A DNA stretch of 64,000 nt from Flaccisagitta enflata (lineage: Eukaryota), in the NCBI GenBank assembly GCA_965153355.1, contig OZ231126.1, positions 41,416,001 through 41,480,000 of the forward strand, in the 5' to 3' direction. Below are positions 1 to 13,845 of this stretch, piece by piece. Each line of letters starts with the position of its first letter. Position 1 is the first letter of the stretch. A model generated the notes under the pieces. That model was not told the origin of the DNA. It made no database searches and was given only the letters and a program-made list of their open reading frames with translations. A program made the position numbers and the translations under genes.

Positions 1-570
1 GACCTGCGTCCAGCGGCAAGCGATTGGTAGACTACCAATGGTAGTGAACGGATCCACGGCGAATGGCGACCCGGCTCACCAACGTATGGCGACCTGGCTA
101 GCCAACCAACAGCGACTTAACGATCGACGGCGACTTGGCTTGCCAACCTATGACGACCTGGTTTGCCGATGAAACCGCGACACCGCCGCCGATCAACAGC
201 GACCTGGCCTGTCGACCTACGGCAAACTGGATCGCCAAACAACGGCGACTTGGCTTGCCAACCAACGGCGACTTGACTTGCCGACCAATGGCGACTTGTT
301 TCGCTAACCCATGGCGACCTAGCTTGCCGATGAATCTGCGACCCAGCCACCGATGAATCTGCGACCCCGCCGCCGATCAACTGTGACCCGGCCTGTCGAC
401 CAACGGCAAACTGGATCGCCGACCAACGGCAACTTGGCTTGCCGACCAACGGTGACTTGACTTTTCGACCAACGGCGACTTGGTTCGCTAACCTATGGCG
501 ACCTGGCTTGCCGATGAATCCGCGACCCCGCCGCCGATCAACGGTGACCCGGCCCGTCGACCAACGATGA
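1..570. repeat. GC-rich minisatellite with ~23-bp subunits and ~160-185-bp higher-order units
   Basis: Recurrent ccaacggcgacttggcttgccga-type units; ccgccgccgatcaac recurs at ~183, ~367 and ~528. Confidence 0.8.
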
Positions 571-831
571 GCGGGTGCCATTGTTCCGCCTGATAAAATC
601 CCATGAATTGCCTTTTGTCATGCGCATCCTAATCTAGCAGATTAGAAACGAGTGGGCCATTCGACTTACGTGATGGAGCAAGAGGAGCGGGGAAGAGGAG
701 GGAAAGGGAGGTGAGTGGGTTAAGGTTGAGCAGGAAGAGTGGAAAGAAGTTCGTGAAGGGGAGAAATTTAAACTATTGTAATGTGGAACAGTCATGGCTA
801 GGTTCGTTGATTTTTTAAAATTGATTGATTG

Positions 832-902
<71 letters not shown>

Positions 903-992
903 GGTGAGAGTGGCGTGAAGCAGGGATTAAATGAAATCTTTAACACTGACGTAAAATGAAATTTGTCGGTGACGGATGGGCGTGGATGAGAG

Positions 993-1038
<46 letters not shown>

Positions 1039-1382
1039 ATCGGTGGCCATTGCGAGGCTAACTGGCCCCAATGATTGACAGGTGAATAGGATTGAGATGG
1101 TAACGGCGTAACAATTGTTGAGTCACTGCTGTAATCGTGATTTCAATGTGTCTCTGTCTTTCTATTGGTTTGTCTATCTGATTCTATCTGTTTGTCTATT
1201 GTATGCCGTTCTGTTAGTCTGTCTATTTACTTTCCCCGCATCTCCAGTAAGGGAGTCGAGTTCGGTCTGCGCTTAATTCAATAAAAAAAGACTAAATTAC
1301 TTTCCATTCTGAGTCTAGAACCTACAAAAAATGCTTACAAAAAAAGATAAGGGCAAATGATTGTTACCTGAATACACGTATA

Positions 1383-1945
1383 CAGTAGATCTCGTCTAGA
1401 CTTGAGATAACGGGGGCAAGCATTGTGGAAAGACGAATGAAGGTAGGGAAGCGATATTTGGATTAAAGACTAATCAAAGGATGCTTAATTCCCCATGATA
1501 GCTGGTTGTCATGGAAACACATTTCCATGTATTCTTGCTAAAATATCAACATTTTCAGAGATTTTTCTAAGGAACATTGCTTAAAATCAAATTTGCTACA
1601 ACTTTCTCATAGTATGTTCTGTAAGAAGGTCGCTCGTTTGGCCGTTGCTAGGTAGCGTATCCATGTGTGACAACCCTTAGCAACCACTAAACGAGCGACA
1701 TTCTTACAGAACATACTGTGGGAAAGTTGTAGCAAATCTAATTTTGAAAAATGTTCCCTCAAAAAATTTCTCAAAATATTGATGTTTTAGCAAAAATACA
1801 TAGAAATGCGTTTCCATGGCAACCAGCTATCATGGGCAATAAAGCATCCCTTTATTAGTCTATGTTTCAAATATCACTCCCCTGGCTTCATTTGTTATTC
1901 TACAATGCTTGCCCCCGTTATATCAAGTCTAGACGAGATCTACTG
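1383..1945. mobile_element. Foldback MITE, Tc1/mariner-type (TA TSD)
   Basis: TA|CAGTAGATCTCGTCTAGACTTGA ... TCAAGTCTAGACGAGATCTACTG|TA; nearly the whole element is an imperfect palindrome centred at ~1665. Confidence 0.9.
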
Positions 1946-2097
1946 TACCTGTTTAGGTCCGCCACCTGTCCCATTGCAAATTCAATGGGAACACAAAGTC
2001 AAACATTTAAAGCTTTAGGAAAATATCGTTTGATCTCCGTGAGTGGGTACATGAATCGACACTTGAGTGTTAATGACGAATCTTAGAGGATTCTAAA

Positions 2098-2317
2098 TTT
2101 TAGTTGCGTGCACGCGGCTACATACAACACATTGTTAGTTGATCAATCTATCTATCTATCAGTCGGTTCGTCCGTCCGTCGGTCACACTTTTACTTTTTC
2201 GGCTTATTAGGAATTTGTTGCCTCATCGTCCCTGCCTTTGAGCCCCAGTGACCTTCTCTGTCACTTTCCCTGTCCACCAGCACGCGCCAAGGGTCGCCGT
2301 CTATTCAGCCTCGTCTT
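2098..2317 (+). mobile_element. DINE-1/HINE-like short element (diverged)
   Basis: TTTTAGTTGCGTGCACGCGGCT head, (GTCC)n tract, GCACGCG subTIR, degenerate 3' hairpin. Confidence 0.65.
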
Positions 2318-2470
2318 AAGTTGATCTGAAGCAAGATAGCGGAGCACGAATTCTTTTTAAATGATATTGTTATTCTCACATATCATATCTCAAAATTGTT
2401 ACGCTCGTTGACTAATTTACTGACCGACCGGTTTCCCAATTTCGCTCTAATTTGCGCTTCTATCAATTAG

Positions 2471-2710
<240 letters not shown>

Positions 2711-3040
2711 TCTTTTTTCAATTTGTGATGAAAGGAATAGACTAAAAAAGAGCATATCTCAACGACCTCATTGCTACTTTTCGGCACAACTGATATGGCA
2801 AAGAGAAAAAGAGAGAGAAAGAGAAAACGCCCATAGCAACTAGGCGAAGCAATCGGCGCGCCCATAGCAACTGCGCGTAGCAACAAAGACGCGCCCATAG
2901 CAACGACGCCCGCGCTTATCAACGAGGATAGAGAGAGAGAGACAGAGAGAACTAAATAAGGCAAACAGCCAAATAAGGCAAACGGCCAATTGTCCTCCTT
3001 GTTGTACTAAAAAGCAATAAGACTCGCCGATTGAAGACGA

Positions 3041-3105
<65 letters not shown>

Positions 3106-3870
3106 GGAAGTATAAATGGGAAAGCGTATGGTTTGGTAATACACCTCATTTACCGCGGCCGGAGTTGGTTAAAAGGGAATTGTGGCAGCACCGCACAAAA
3201 GGCAATTTACAAACAGAGCTTTGCTCGATATTTATAAGCACCGGAGATGACGTTAGACCTCGTGGGAACAAGGCCGGATACACAGCCATCAAAGCCATGT
3301 ACCGATGGGCATTTGAAAGGGGAGTTGATAAAAAAAAACATCTACCTAAGCAATCTGGTAGTAACGTCCGGTTGCGACAAAGTGCCCAAGCACGCAAGCA
3401 TTGCTTGTAGGCAGCAAGCAAATTTTGTAGACAGGGGGTTAATTATTGATAAGAGAGAAAATCAAAATGAAAAAAAAAAAAAAGAAAAAAAAATTAAAAA
3501 GATTTTTATAGTAAACTATCAAAATTGCTCATTGCATCAAAGGTTTTCACATAATTAGCCCCTTAATACAGTTACAGTTCTTTTATATTACTATCTTCCA
3601 ATATATTTTGATATCATTATTCAAAGATTTGTTGAAAAAATTTTGTAGGCAGGAGCTGCTAGGAAAACCTTGCTTGTAGGCAGCTGAGATTTTTGTCGGG
3701 CCCTGAGTTACTGAGTAGGGTAGTGTAGAGGCACTGAACGCCTATATATCAATGCCAAAGATATAGTGTATTATATTACCAACCGATCAACTTACTGACC
3801 AACATAGAAACTCAGAATGGAGCGTCGAACGCGACTGAAAAGGGTAGAGAGTTAATCAAACATGGAATTA

Positions 3871-4476
3871 CTATCTTCGCCAAAAGAAACGCGACATCTT
3901 CTACCTTGAATATCTTGGCTTCTAGAAAAGCTAGAGACTTTTTTAAAAAAACATATTAATCTACTCCAAAAGATCTACACAATGAGTCCAATCTGGTAAT
4001 TGTATCTTAAAGCGTTTAAAAATGGCAAGCAAAAGAGGGGAAATAGTCATTTTCAGAATTGATGAAAAATTGTGGAAAAAACGGAAAAAATTTCATTGAA
4101 GTTTAATTTTAGTTATCTCAGCTTCTGGTAAAGCTAAATACTTTTTCCAAAAGAGCAAATTAATCTACATCAAAAAAATCTACAAGATGAGCGCAATCTG
4201 GGTTCGATAGCTCAAGCCGTTTGAAATAGCAAGCAAAAAACAAGACATGTTTTGAAAATCAAAGGCTTTCAAAAACTGAGGACAAATAAGAAAAGGTTAT
4301 CACCTCTGTTAATGAAGAAATGTGTCAGAAATTGCAATTTAGACTCACAGCCTGGTTTGTTTCTCATAAAAATAACTTACTTGACTTACAAACCCTCTCA
4401 GTAGCCAAATTTTATCAGAGTATGTTAAATAAATCATATCATTCCCAGGGTGTCGCGTTTCTTTTGGCGAAGATAG
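3871..4476. mobile_element. MITE with 26-bp TIR and TA TSD
   Basis: TA|CTATCTTCGCCAAAAGAAACGCGACA ... TGTCGCGTTTCTTTTGGCGAAGATAG|TA. Confidence 0.9.
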
Positions 4477-4547
4477 TACATCATTAAATCAAACTGTAAA
4501 AAAACGCACTATTATCATGATTTTCTACCTGAGCGTGAAAGTACTAA

Positions 4548-4688
4548 TTATGTATGTAAGTATGTATGTATGTATGTATGTATGTATGTATGTATGTATG
4601 TATGTATGTATGTATGTATGTATGTATGTATGTATGTATGTATGTATGTATGTGTGTATGTATGTATGTATGAATGTATGTATGTATG
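4548..4688. repeat. (TATG)n microsatellite
   Basis: Tetranucleotide run. Confidence 0.98.
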
Positions 4689-4906
4689 TTTACAAGTATG
4701 AAAAATGGAGCAGTATTTTTTTTTTTTTTGAAGAATTCACCAGGAGAAAAGGTGGAAAAAAGTGGGGAAAAAAGAAATGAATAGAAGGGAAAAAAGAAGA
4801 GAAGAAAAAGCAGAGAAAAGAGGAAAGAATTGTTCCTCATTTCCCTGAGATTGCTTCATCGTTCAAAAAGCGTTTCGCGGAAATAAGAGGAGAATTTGGA
4901 ATGGGA

Positions 4907-5397
4907 TGAAGAAAAAGAAGAAGAACAAGAAGGAGAAGAAGAAGAAAAAGAAAAGAAAAAGAAGGAGAAGAAGAAGAAGAAGAAGAAGAAGAAGAAGAAA
5001 AAGAAAAAAAAAGAAAAAGAAAAAAGAAAGGAGAAGAAAGAAGGAAAAAGAAAGAAAAGAAGAAGAAGAAGAAGAAAAGAGAAGAAAGAAGAAGAAAGAA
5101 GAAGAAGAAAGAAGAAGAAAAAGAAGAAAGAAGAAGAATTAGAAGATAAAGAAAAAAAGAAGAAGAAGAAGAAGAAAAAGAAAAAGAAGAAAAAGAAAAA
5201 AAGAAAAAGAAAAGAAAAAGAAAAAGAAAAAGAAAAGAAGAAGAAGAAGAAGAAGAAAAGAAGAAGAAGAAAAGAAGAAGAAGAAGAAGAAGAAGAAGAA
5301 GAAGAAGAAGAAGAAGAAGAAGAAGAAGAAGAAGAAGAAGAAGAAGAAGAAGAGAAGAAGAAGAAGAAGAAGAAGAAGAAGAAGAAGAAGAAGAGGA

Positions 5398-5484
<87 letters not shown>
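4907..5484. repeat. Compound (GAA)n/(GA)n polypurine tract
   Basis: Direct inspection. Confidence 0.98.
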
Positions 5485-5487
<3 letters not shown>

Positions 5488-5912
5488 AACGAGGAATAGA
5501 GAAAACGATTCTATCAAAGGAGCCCATTATTCAAAATGAGACAATTTTGTGAATAAGACAATTTCAGGGATAAGGCAATTTAGGAAAAAGAAAAGGGGAG
5601 GATGTAGATAAAAGAATGCAAAGAGGAATAGAAGCGCCTGGTGACAGACCGACCAACCGACCGACCGACACAGACCGACGAACGGACATGGTCGAGTGTA
5701 GAGATGCTTTGGCGCATCTAAAAAGACAAAAAACAAATGATAACGAATGAAGAAAAGTGATAACAATAGAAAAAATAGAAAAGAAAAAGAGGTGAACAAC
5801 ATAGGGAGCGATTGAGAGGAGAAGGACGAGAAAGAAATAAAAGTAGGTATAGGGTCTAATTTTTCAAAATTTATGGCAGTGATCATTCATGGGTCTTATT
5901 CACTCGAAAGTG

Positions 5913-6316
5913 CAGGGGCCAGCAGAGAAACTTGGGGCCCCTATACAATCCAAAAATCCGGGCCCCCCCCTCTAGTTTTGGCGCGACTGCCGGCCAAAAT
6001 AATAGCACATCAATTATTTTTCAGTCTCTATAAAATCTATTTGGAGAGGAAAATCCAAGTGTCGAACTGAGTACTTTTATCTGAAATAAAAATGAAAAAA
6101 AAAGTTTTGTTATTTTGAATAGAGTTTACATTGGTTTACATTGGGGTCAAAACTTTTTTTTCTTTTTTTTCTTTTTTTTTTCTTTTTCTTTTCTTTTCTC
6201 CCTTTTCCCTTTTCTTTCCTTTTCATTTCTATGACAATTGAAGGGCCCTCCAGGCCCCCCCTGAGGCCCGGGCCCCTATAATTTGTATAGGGTGTATAGG
6301 CCTCTTCAGGCCCCTG
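5913..6316. mobile_element. hAT-type MITE
   Basis: Perfect 8-bp TSD CGAAAGTG at 5905-5912 and 6317-6324. TIR CAGGGGCCAGCAGAG / CTCTTCAGGCCCCTG. GGGCCC subterminal motifs. Confidence 0.9.
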
Positions 6317-7703
6317 CGAAAGTGTCTCTGGGGTGAGGTTTTAGGAGGTTTCAGACATTTTTGGCCCAAAAATATCAAACTAACCCTGCTAATTTTATGA
6401 TTTTTTTAATGGAAAATTAGCGAGATTTTTGGCAGCTGCGTTTTGTGCAGTTGGTCCCTTGTAATGCGGTAAAAAATGGTCATACATACTTGGAAATTGC
6501 TAGGAACCTACCACATGCATTGTATGTACTCACGAAAAAAACAAAAAGCTGATTTTGTTACTTTGCATGAGCGGATAGGCGCTGGGAAGGGTCACTTGAA
6601 AATGATAATTAGGATCAAATCCTCAACGAATGATTCCCACCTGTTTCAAGCTATTACAAGTTAACTATCAATGAAATATTTAGCTCTTGGCTCCAGCACC
6701 CTCAATTTTTGACAAAGCTAGGTTAAATTCTCTGTTATGGAGATCAGGGATGCTGCAGCAGGTCGTCAAGTGCATCCTGGAAGCCCTATTCACAAATCCA
6801 CCAGTGAAGTTAAAATGACAAATAGAACATCCCATTATTTACTCCAGTAGCCTCAGTGTATACCAGAAATAGGTAAAATTCTCACATGATGACATCATGT
6901 ATGCTGCACCAGGTCGCCAAGTGCATCATAGAAGGGCTTATTCAGAAATCTATCATTGAAGCAGTTGGCTGTGCATGATCAATAGAATCTCCAATTATCT
7001 ACTTTTATATCACAACCATACGACAAAACTAGGTAAAATTCTCACTTGAGCACCTGCTAAAGCATACAGTACCTTCCGAGCAAACTCGGCTAAAACTGGA
7101 AGATTAATTTTTGTTACTTTGATTTTATTTCCCTAACTTCATTTTTTGTATCTAGTTTAATTAAAAGATACTAAAATCCTTGAACATATTTGACTGTTAA
7201 AAAATAAATCTTGAAATCAAAGTCTATGAACACATCATTTTGAAATGTTCTAACCCAACCATTGATTCAGCAGAAAATTTTATCTATCCTAAACAACAAG
7301 AACAGCTTAAGGCTATCGTTGCTTCAAAATGAAGTTACCCTGAAATTTTTTTGTCTTTTATAGAATGTCAAATACTAGTGGCGATTTCCATGGTTCAACA
7401 GAAAGCACCCTCCAAAACATGTCAGAATGAGAATTCAATTTCAGCCTTTGAACAATACATCATTGGAAATCTCATCGAATTTTGATTAAGAAAACAACCT
7501 TCGTAAACCTTAGCGGGGTGTCGTATAAGCGTAAATCCCTAATCTATGTAAGACTTCATATCATCAGTTTTGTTACAAAAAATGCTGAAATCTGAGAAAA
7601 AGAAAGGTACAGAGATGGACAGAGCTACGAAATTTTTGAAAGGAAGACGGGATCGGTGAAGAAGAAGAAGAAGAAGAAGAAGAAGAAGAAGAAGAAGAAG
7701 AAG

Positions 7704-7735
<32 letters not shown>

Positions 7736-7976
7736 TAAAATTGGAATGGAATGGAAGAGATTTTGGAATGGTAGAGATTTTGGAATGGAATGGTTGAGAA
7801 GCCGTCAAATATAATTGACAAAGAGGAAGAACCAGAAGAAGAAATGGATAAAAAAGAACAAGAATGAGAACAAGAACAAGAACAAGAACAAGAACAAAAA
7901 CAAGAACAACAAGAACAAGAAGGTGGTTCATAAAAGAAGAAGAATACGATGAAGAAGCCGAGTAGAGTTGCGCAAT

Positions 7977-8169
7977 AACAAGGCCCAATACACGGCTACC
8001 ACAGTCGCGTACAGGGGCCGTACTTGAGGTCACTTGATCATTTGGGCAGGAGCAGTGAGGCTAAAGACTGCAATACCTAAAAAAAAGTAGTGTGACGGAC
8101 GGACCAATGGACTGATGGACCGACAGACGGAACGACAAAGCGGGTGTAAAGTTGCATGGCACGCGACTA
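7977..8169 (-). mobile_element. HINE-like short element
   Basis: AACAAGGCC...CACGGC, AGTCGCGT subTIR, (GGAC)n tract, GCACGCGACTA end. Confidence 0.75.
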
Positions 8170-8723
8170 GTAAAAAGTCAGAAGTAGAAGCAGAGTAGAA
8201 GAAGAAGAAGAAAAGAAGGAGAAGAAGAAGAAAAAGAAGAAAAAGAAGAAGAAGATGAAGATGAAGATGAAGATGAAGATGAAGATGAAGATGAACATGA
8301 AGAAAGAGGAGAGCAGGGGAGGGGAAGGATTATCAAAGATTATCGAATCAAAATGTAATAATCCATGAGTTGATAAGCAGCCCTGATCTAAGTGATTTTT
8401 TTTCAGCGGGCCAGTCAGGCCCACTCCCATCAATTTTAGCAGGCCCAACAGAAAAACAGCAAGAGAGAGTGGTCAGCGAAACCAGGCTCAAGAGGCATAT
8501 CTTGAAACCTGACCGGCCTGATTTGAAGCCTGAGAGGTATGAAGGGGGAAGGGGGACAAATAAGCACTAGGACAGACAAAAGGAAGTCCTTCTGTGTTCT
8601 AAAAAAATCCGTCCCTCTTGGGGATGCTGCCAAAAAAAAGAAACTATGGTTCTAGTAAAGAAAAAAAGAAAAATGGTAAGAAAGAAAGAAAAAAGTGAGA
8701 AAGAAAGAAAGAATACAAGAAAA

Positions 8724-8831
<108 letters not shown>

Positions 8832-8891
8832 AAAAAAGAAAAAAGTAAGAAAGAAAAAAGTAAAAGAAAGAAAGGAAAAAGAATAAAGGGA

Positions 8892-9047
<156 letters not shown>

Positions 9048-9479
9048 AAAAGAAAGTCTGTAATCTCTCTCTCTCTCTCTCTCTCTGTGAGATCAAATAC
9101 TCTATGACAAGAAATACCAAGCAAATTAAAAGCGGGCCCAACGGGCCCGCAGAATGAAAAACTTGCGGGCCCGACAGCCAAAATGCGGACCTCGGGCCCG
9201 CGGGCCCGCTCTAAACTCTGTAATGATAAGTGCGAAAACGCGCGTTCAAGGCAATACGGTTGAGTGTAAGTGGAAAGTGTGTGTGGAATGGGTTTGTATG
9301 CCCCTGCCCACCTGTTCGCATCGATATTGTAAGTTTGTAACCCTGCGTCACTTGTTCTGTTTCTTCTTCCTCTTTTTCTTTCCCTTTTTCTGTTTATTTT
9401 CCTTTTCTTTTTCTTTTTTTTTTCTGTTTCTTTGTCTTTTTCTTTTTCTTTTGCTTTTTCTTTTTCTTTTTCTTTTTCT

Positions 9480-9845
9480 TTTTGGTCGTGTGCACGCGAC
9501 TCTTTGACCCGCTTTGTCTGTCCGTCGGTCGGTCGGTCTGTCCATCTGTAACACTTAGCTTTTTTCATCATTTTATGTCAGTATAATCATTTTTTGTCAT
9601 TTTATGTCATTTTATGTCATGATAAGTCATTTTTTCATTTTTTTTTTCATCATTTCATTTTTCGTCATTCAAAGTCATTTTAAGGCATTTCAAGTCATTT
9701 AACATTTAGTCTTCTAGTCTTTTAGTCTTTAGTCTTTTAGTCTTTTAGTCTTTTAGTCTTTTAGTCTTTTAGTCTTTTAATCTTTAATTCTTTTTGTTTT
9801 ACGGTCTTAACAGCCGCACGCGATTGAAAGGTGTTGACCTTGTTA
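9480..9845 (+). mobile_element. HINE-like element with internal TTTTAGTC repeats (same subfamily as 33611-33842)
   Basis: GTCGTGTGCACGCGACT head, (GTCG)n tract, CCGCACGCGA subTIR, CCTTGTT end. Confidence 0.7.
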
Positions 9846-9978
9846 TTATTATTATTTTTTTTTTTTTGCCGTTTATCCGGCCCTGTTTTCGCTACTTGTT
9901 CTTTGTCTTTTTTCTTGTCTTTCTCATCATCATCTTGTTCTTGTGTTTCTCATCATCATCTTTTTTCTTGTTTTTTTT

Positions 9979-10030
<52 letters not shown>

Positions 10031-10474
10031 ACATCATCTTCATTATCATCATCGTCATCATCATCATCATCATCATCATCATCTTTTTTCTTGCCTTTTT
10101 ATCATCATCTTTTTCTTGATTTTTTCATCATCATCATCATCATCATCATCGTCGTCGTCGTCGTCGTCGTCGTCGTCATCTTTGACTTAGTTTTGTCATC
10201 GTTATCATCGTCGTCTTTGTCATCGTTATCAACGTCTTCTCTGTCATCGTTTTTATCTTCGTGTTTGTCTTCATCTTCACCTTTTTCTTCTTCTTTTTCT
10301 TCTTCTTCTTCTTCTTCTTCTTCTTCTTCTTCTTCTTCTTCTTCTTCTTCTTCTTCTTCTTCTTCTTCTTTTCCTTCTTCTTCTTCCTTGTCTTCGTACA
10401 TGGGAAAATAGGTCAATCAAATAGCATCGGCTCGTGCATTTTTTTTCTGAATTTACAGAGGATCTGATAGGGGC

Positions 10475-10696
10475 GTGACCGATTTTGTTAACACCATTAC
10501 TAGCAACGCGCAGACAAATTTTCATTTCTCTGAAACGGCTGAAGCAATAGTCTTGAAATTTTGGGTTTTAACATAAAATTCGATGCTCTTTCACATCATG
10601 TTAAAAAAATTCCACTCGAAGAAGAAAAAAACTATGTTAACCACTATGATACACAGCGTAACGCGATCGTAACAGGGTGTTAACAAAATCGGTCAC
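10475..10696. repeat. Inverted repeat (21-bp arms), probable MITE remnant
   Basis: GTGACCGATTTTGTTAACACC ... GGTGTTAACAAAATCGGTCAC. Confidence 0.7.
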
Positions 10697-11312
10697 TAGT
10701 TTATTATTTTTTTTATCTCTGGATAGAATTGAAATGAAGGTCTGAATTTTGGCATGAAATCTGGTTTATGTCTTTACTAAATGGGGGTAAACAATTTTTT
10801 TCTTATTTGGCCCTCAAAGTATGAATAATTTGGTATAGTACACTGCTTTGTGTGAAAACGAGCAAATCGTCTTTTGGGACTAATTTACTATGAGTGGAAT
10901 TTTACCATAGTAAACAACGGCCGATCATCACCAAATTTTTGGTGCTTCTTTAGGGATTGCAAATGTTAAAAAATGACCGAAGCAAGGGGGGGTTTGACGA
11001 TTTTTTCATGTCTTTTACACTGACGATATGAAGTGTGAACCAAGTGTGACATAAAAAATGGGCTGTTTTGGCACTAATTTGAGCCACCTAACCTATCAAA
11101 ATCTTGAGTATGAGGGATGTATGTAGGGCACATGGTCTAATGTGATGTCTAGGAACATCTTTCATCATCGATGAAATGATTGGTCGGACGAAACTATACT
11201 TCATCGCCCACCATATCATGGATTTCAGCGTGGTTTGTTTATTGTGGAAACGGTCTAGTGTAAGAAACCCCTTCAAAAAATTTCAGAAAATTGAAAAAAC
11301 CCAAATATAGGT

Positions 11313-11600
11313 AATTTTTCAGACGCTCGCTGGCCTGACTGGGGCAACGGAGGAAGCTGAAATTTTTACTGAAGATAGACAAGACATGTGGCCAGGGTAG
11401 ACCTGTAAAAAAAATTTAGATTTTATTATTTTACATACAATAAATCCAAGAAGAAATCTGTAAAATGTAACCATATAGAGGCTAGTAGCTTTTTTGGGAA
11501 TTTGATCCAGGTCTACCCTGGCCACATGTCTCCTGTATCTTCAGTAAAAATTTCAGCTTCCTACGTTGCCCCAGTCAGGCTAGCGAACGTCTAGAAAATT
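11313..11600. repeat. Foldback palindrome with ~95-bp arms
   Basis: GCCTGACTGGGGCAACG...GTGGCCAGGGTAGACCTG is mirrored by CAGGTCTACCCTGGCCAC...CGTTGCCCCAGTCAGGC. Confidence 0.8.
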
Positions 11601-12642
11601 GACATTATTTTGCTATTCATTAAAGTGAAAATCGTAAGAAATACAGGGTAAAGGTACAACTTATGAACAATTTTTTTCATCAACTCTTTTTCAGTCTTCC
11701 TAACTCTCAGTTTTAAAGCATAATTTCATAGAAGCAGTCAGCGCCTGTGGCTAGTGAGTAGATCGCCTAACATGAGCACTGTGATAATGCGCAGGGTGAG
11801 AATAGACATCAATTTCTTGAAATATTGACCCGGGAAAAAGAGTTTGTGATTAAGGAGGGGCAGACACCCTCCTTAAGTCTGTTGTTCAAATCCTCCTCTG
11901 ATACATTGATAATTTTCATTTTTTCCTCTTTGCTTGACCAAAGCATTCCTGATTTTGTTTTCGCTTTGTAACTTGGGTCAGCCAAATGCTTTATAGTTGA
12001 AAATTGAAAGAGAGACCCTTTTAACGCACATTAGTCATGAAAACAGATTTTTAAATATTCGACTATCTTGAGGAAATGTAAGCCTTAATCAGACAATTTT
12101 TATAGGTTTTACAACTATTTTAAGTTTTTAATGACTATTGTCTTAAAATGATTTAGGACAATTATCCTTAAAAGCTTTAAATGGCCATGAAATCTGTAAT
12201 AATTGTCAGATTGAGCTGTTCTTATTGTCCAGGAAAGGTAAAATTTTTTGCTGAATCCAATGGTCTGGGTTAACACACCCCAAATTGATGTTTTCATGCA
12301 CTTTTTTTCACAAGTTATTTTTTTTTTTGACAGCGAACTATGTTCAAGAAATTAAGTATCTTTTAATTAAGTTAAATACAAAATATAAAGTTTAAGAAAT
12401 GAAATTGAAGAAACAAAAATTCATCCTCCAGTTTTAGCCGGGTTCACTCGGAAGGTACTGTACCTAATGTCAACAAGTGCATCATTGAGGGGTCAATCCA
12501 CAATTCCATTGTCTAATCTTTGACAGACAATCACTCGGAAAAACACTTTTAAGGAGCTGCACAAGTTCATATGTTCATATGTTAGACATACTGACGGACC
12601 AATAAATGGACAAAGCCTACAATTGCTAGTCCACAACTACAA

Positions 12643-12800
12643 AACAAGGCCGTGTACACGAGCCAAAGTCGCGTGCGGGTGGGCAGGAGCGGCGAAAAAG
12701 CTAAAAAAGCTAAGTGGGACCGACCGACAGACGGACGGACGGACGGACCAACCGACAGACGGACAGAGTGGGTCATAGAGTCGCGTGCACGCGACTAAAA
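12643..12800 (-). mobile_element. HINE-like short element
   Basis: AACAAGGCCGTGTACACG, AGTCGCGTGC subTIR, (GGAC)n tract, AGTCGCGTGCACGCGACTAAAAA. Confidence 0.85.
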
Positions 12801-13711
12801 ATTTATTGTGTATTAGCTGTGTGCTGAAGCGCAATCAATCGTTTTGTTCGTGTATGCTTCATCGGTATTTGTTGTAAATAAACATGATCAAAGAAAACAG
12901 CAGAAAAAGATCATGATAGAGCCTACTTCAAACCTCGAGAGAGGCCGAGAGAGGAGGATTATGACTTTGGCAAAAGCGTCTTTGGAAAGCCAAGATAAAA
13001 ACGAATCAAATGGTCTGGTTTACAAAATCTTTCATATTTGCGTTGGGCGGTAACTGACAAAAGAAGATTTGAATATTAGAATTATGTAACGTTTTTATAT
13101 CGCACACATTAATGGCTGACACCAATCGAAAGCCCTTTGAATTGTCTTTCAGAATCATATTTTAGTTCTGTATATTGTTACACTTTCAATCATTTTCAAG
13201 GCTATACAAGAGAAGAAGATATTTGTCAAATTATGTATTTACATTTTTCTAATGGACGTTTCGCGTTGCAAATAGAAAGCCGTTGTGCCTAATAAAAGAA
13301 AAGAAAAGAAGAAAGAAAAAGGAAAAGAAAGGAAACCTGAGTCAGTTGGGAACGGCATTTGATTAAGAGGCACAGGTGAAAATGGCATCCGGCGTGTTTG
13401 AATGCGAAGAAAAGCAAAGTGGAGAAAAGAGAGAGTGATAGAGCTACGAGAGCGATAGAGATTGAGTAGGAGATAAAGATAGCGATAGAGAAAGGGATAC
13501 AACAGAACGACAACTAAAGACAAATCTACCACAGGTGAAAATCGCCTCCGGAGTGTTTGAAAGCGACGTAACAATAATGAAAAGAAGGAAGACAAAAGTT
13601 GGAAAAAAGAAAAATATGAACTATAGAATACAGTGCTTAGTGGGCTATGGTTCCGTTTTCCTATTGATTCGATTAGTTGAGGTTACAGAGAGACAGACAA
13701 ACAAAGAAACG

Positions 13712-13807
<96 letters not shown>

Positions 13808-13810
13808 GGC

Positions 13811-13845
<35 letters not shown>

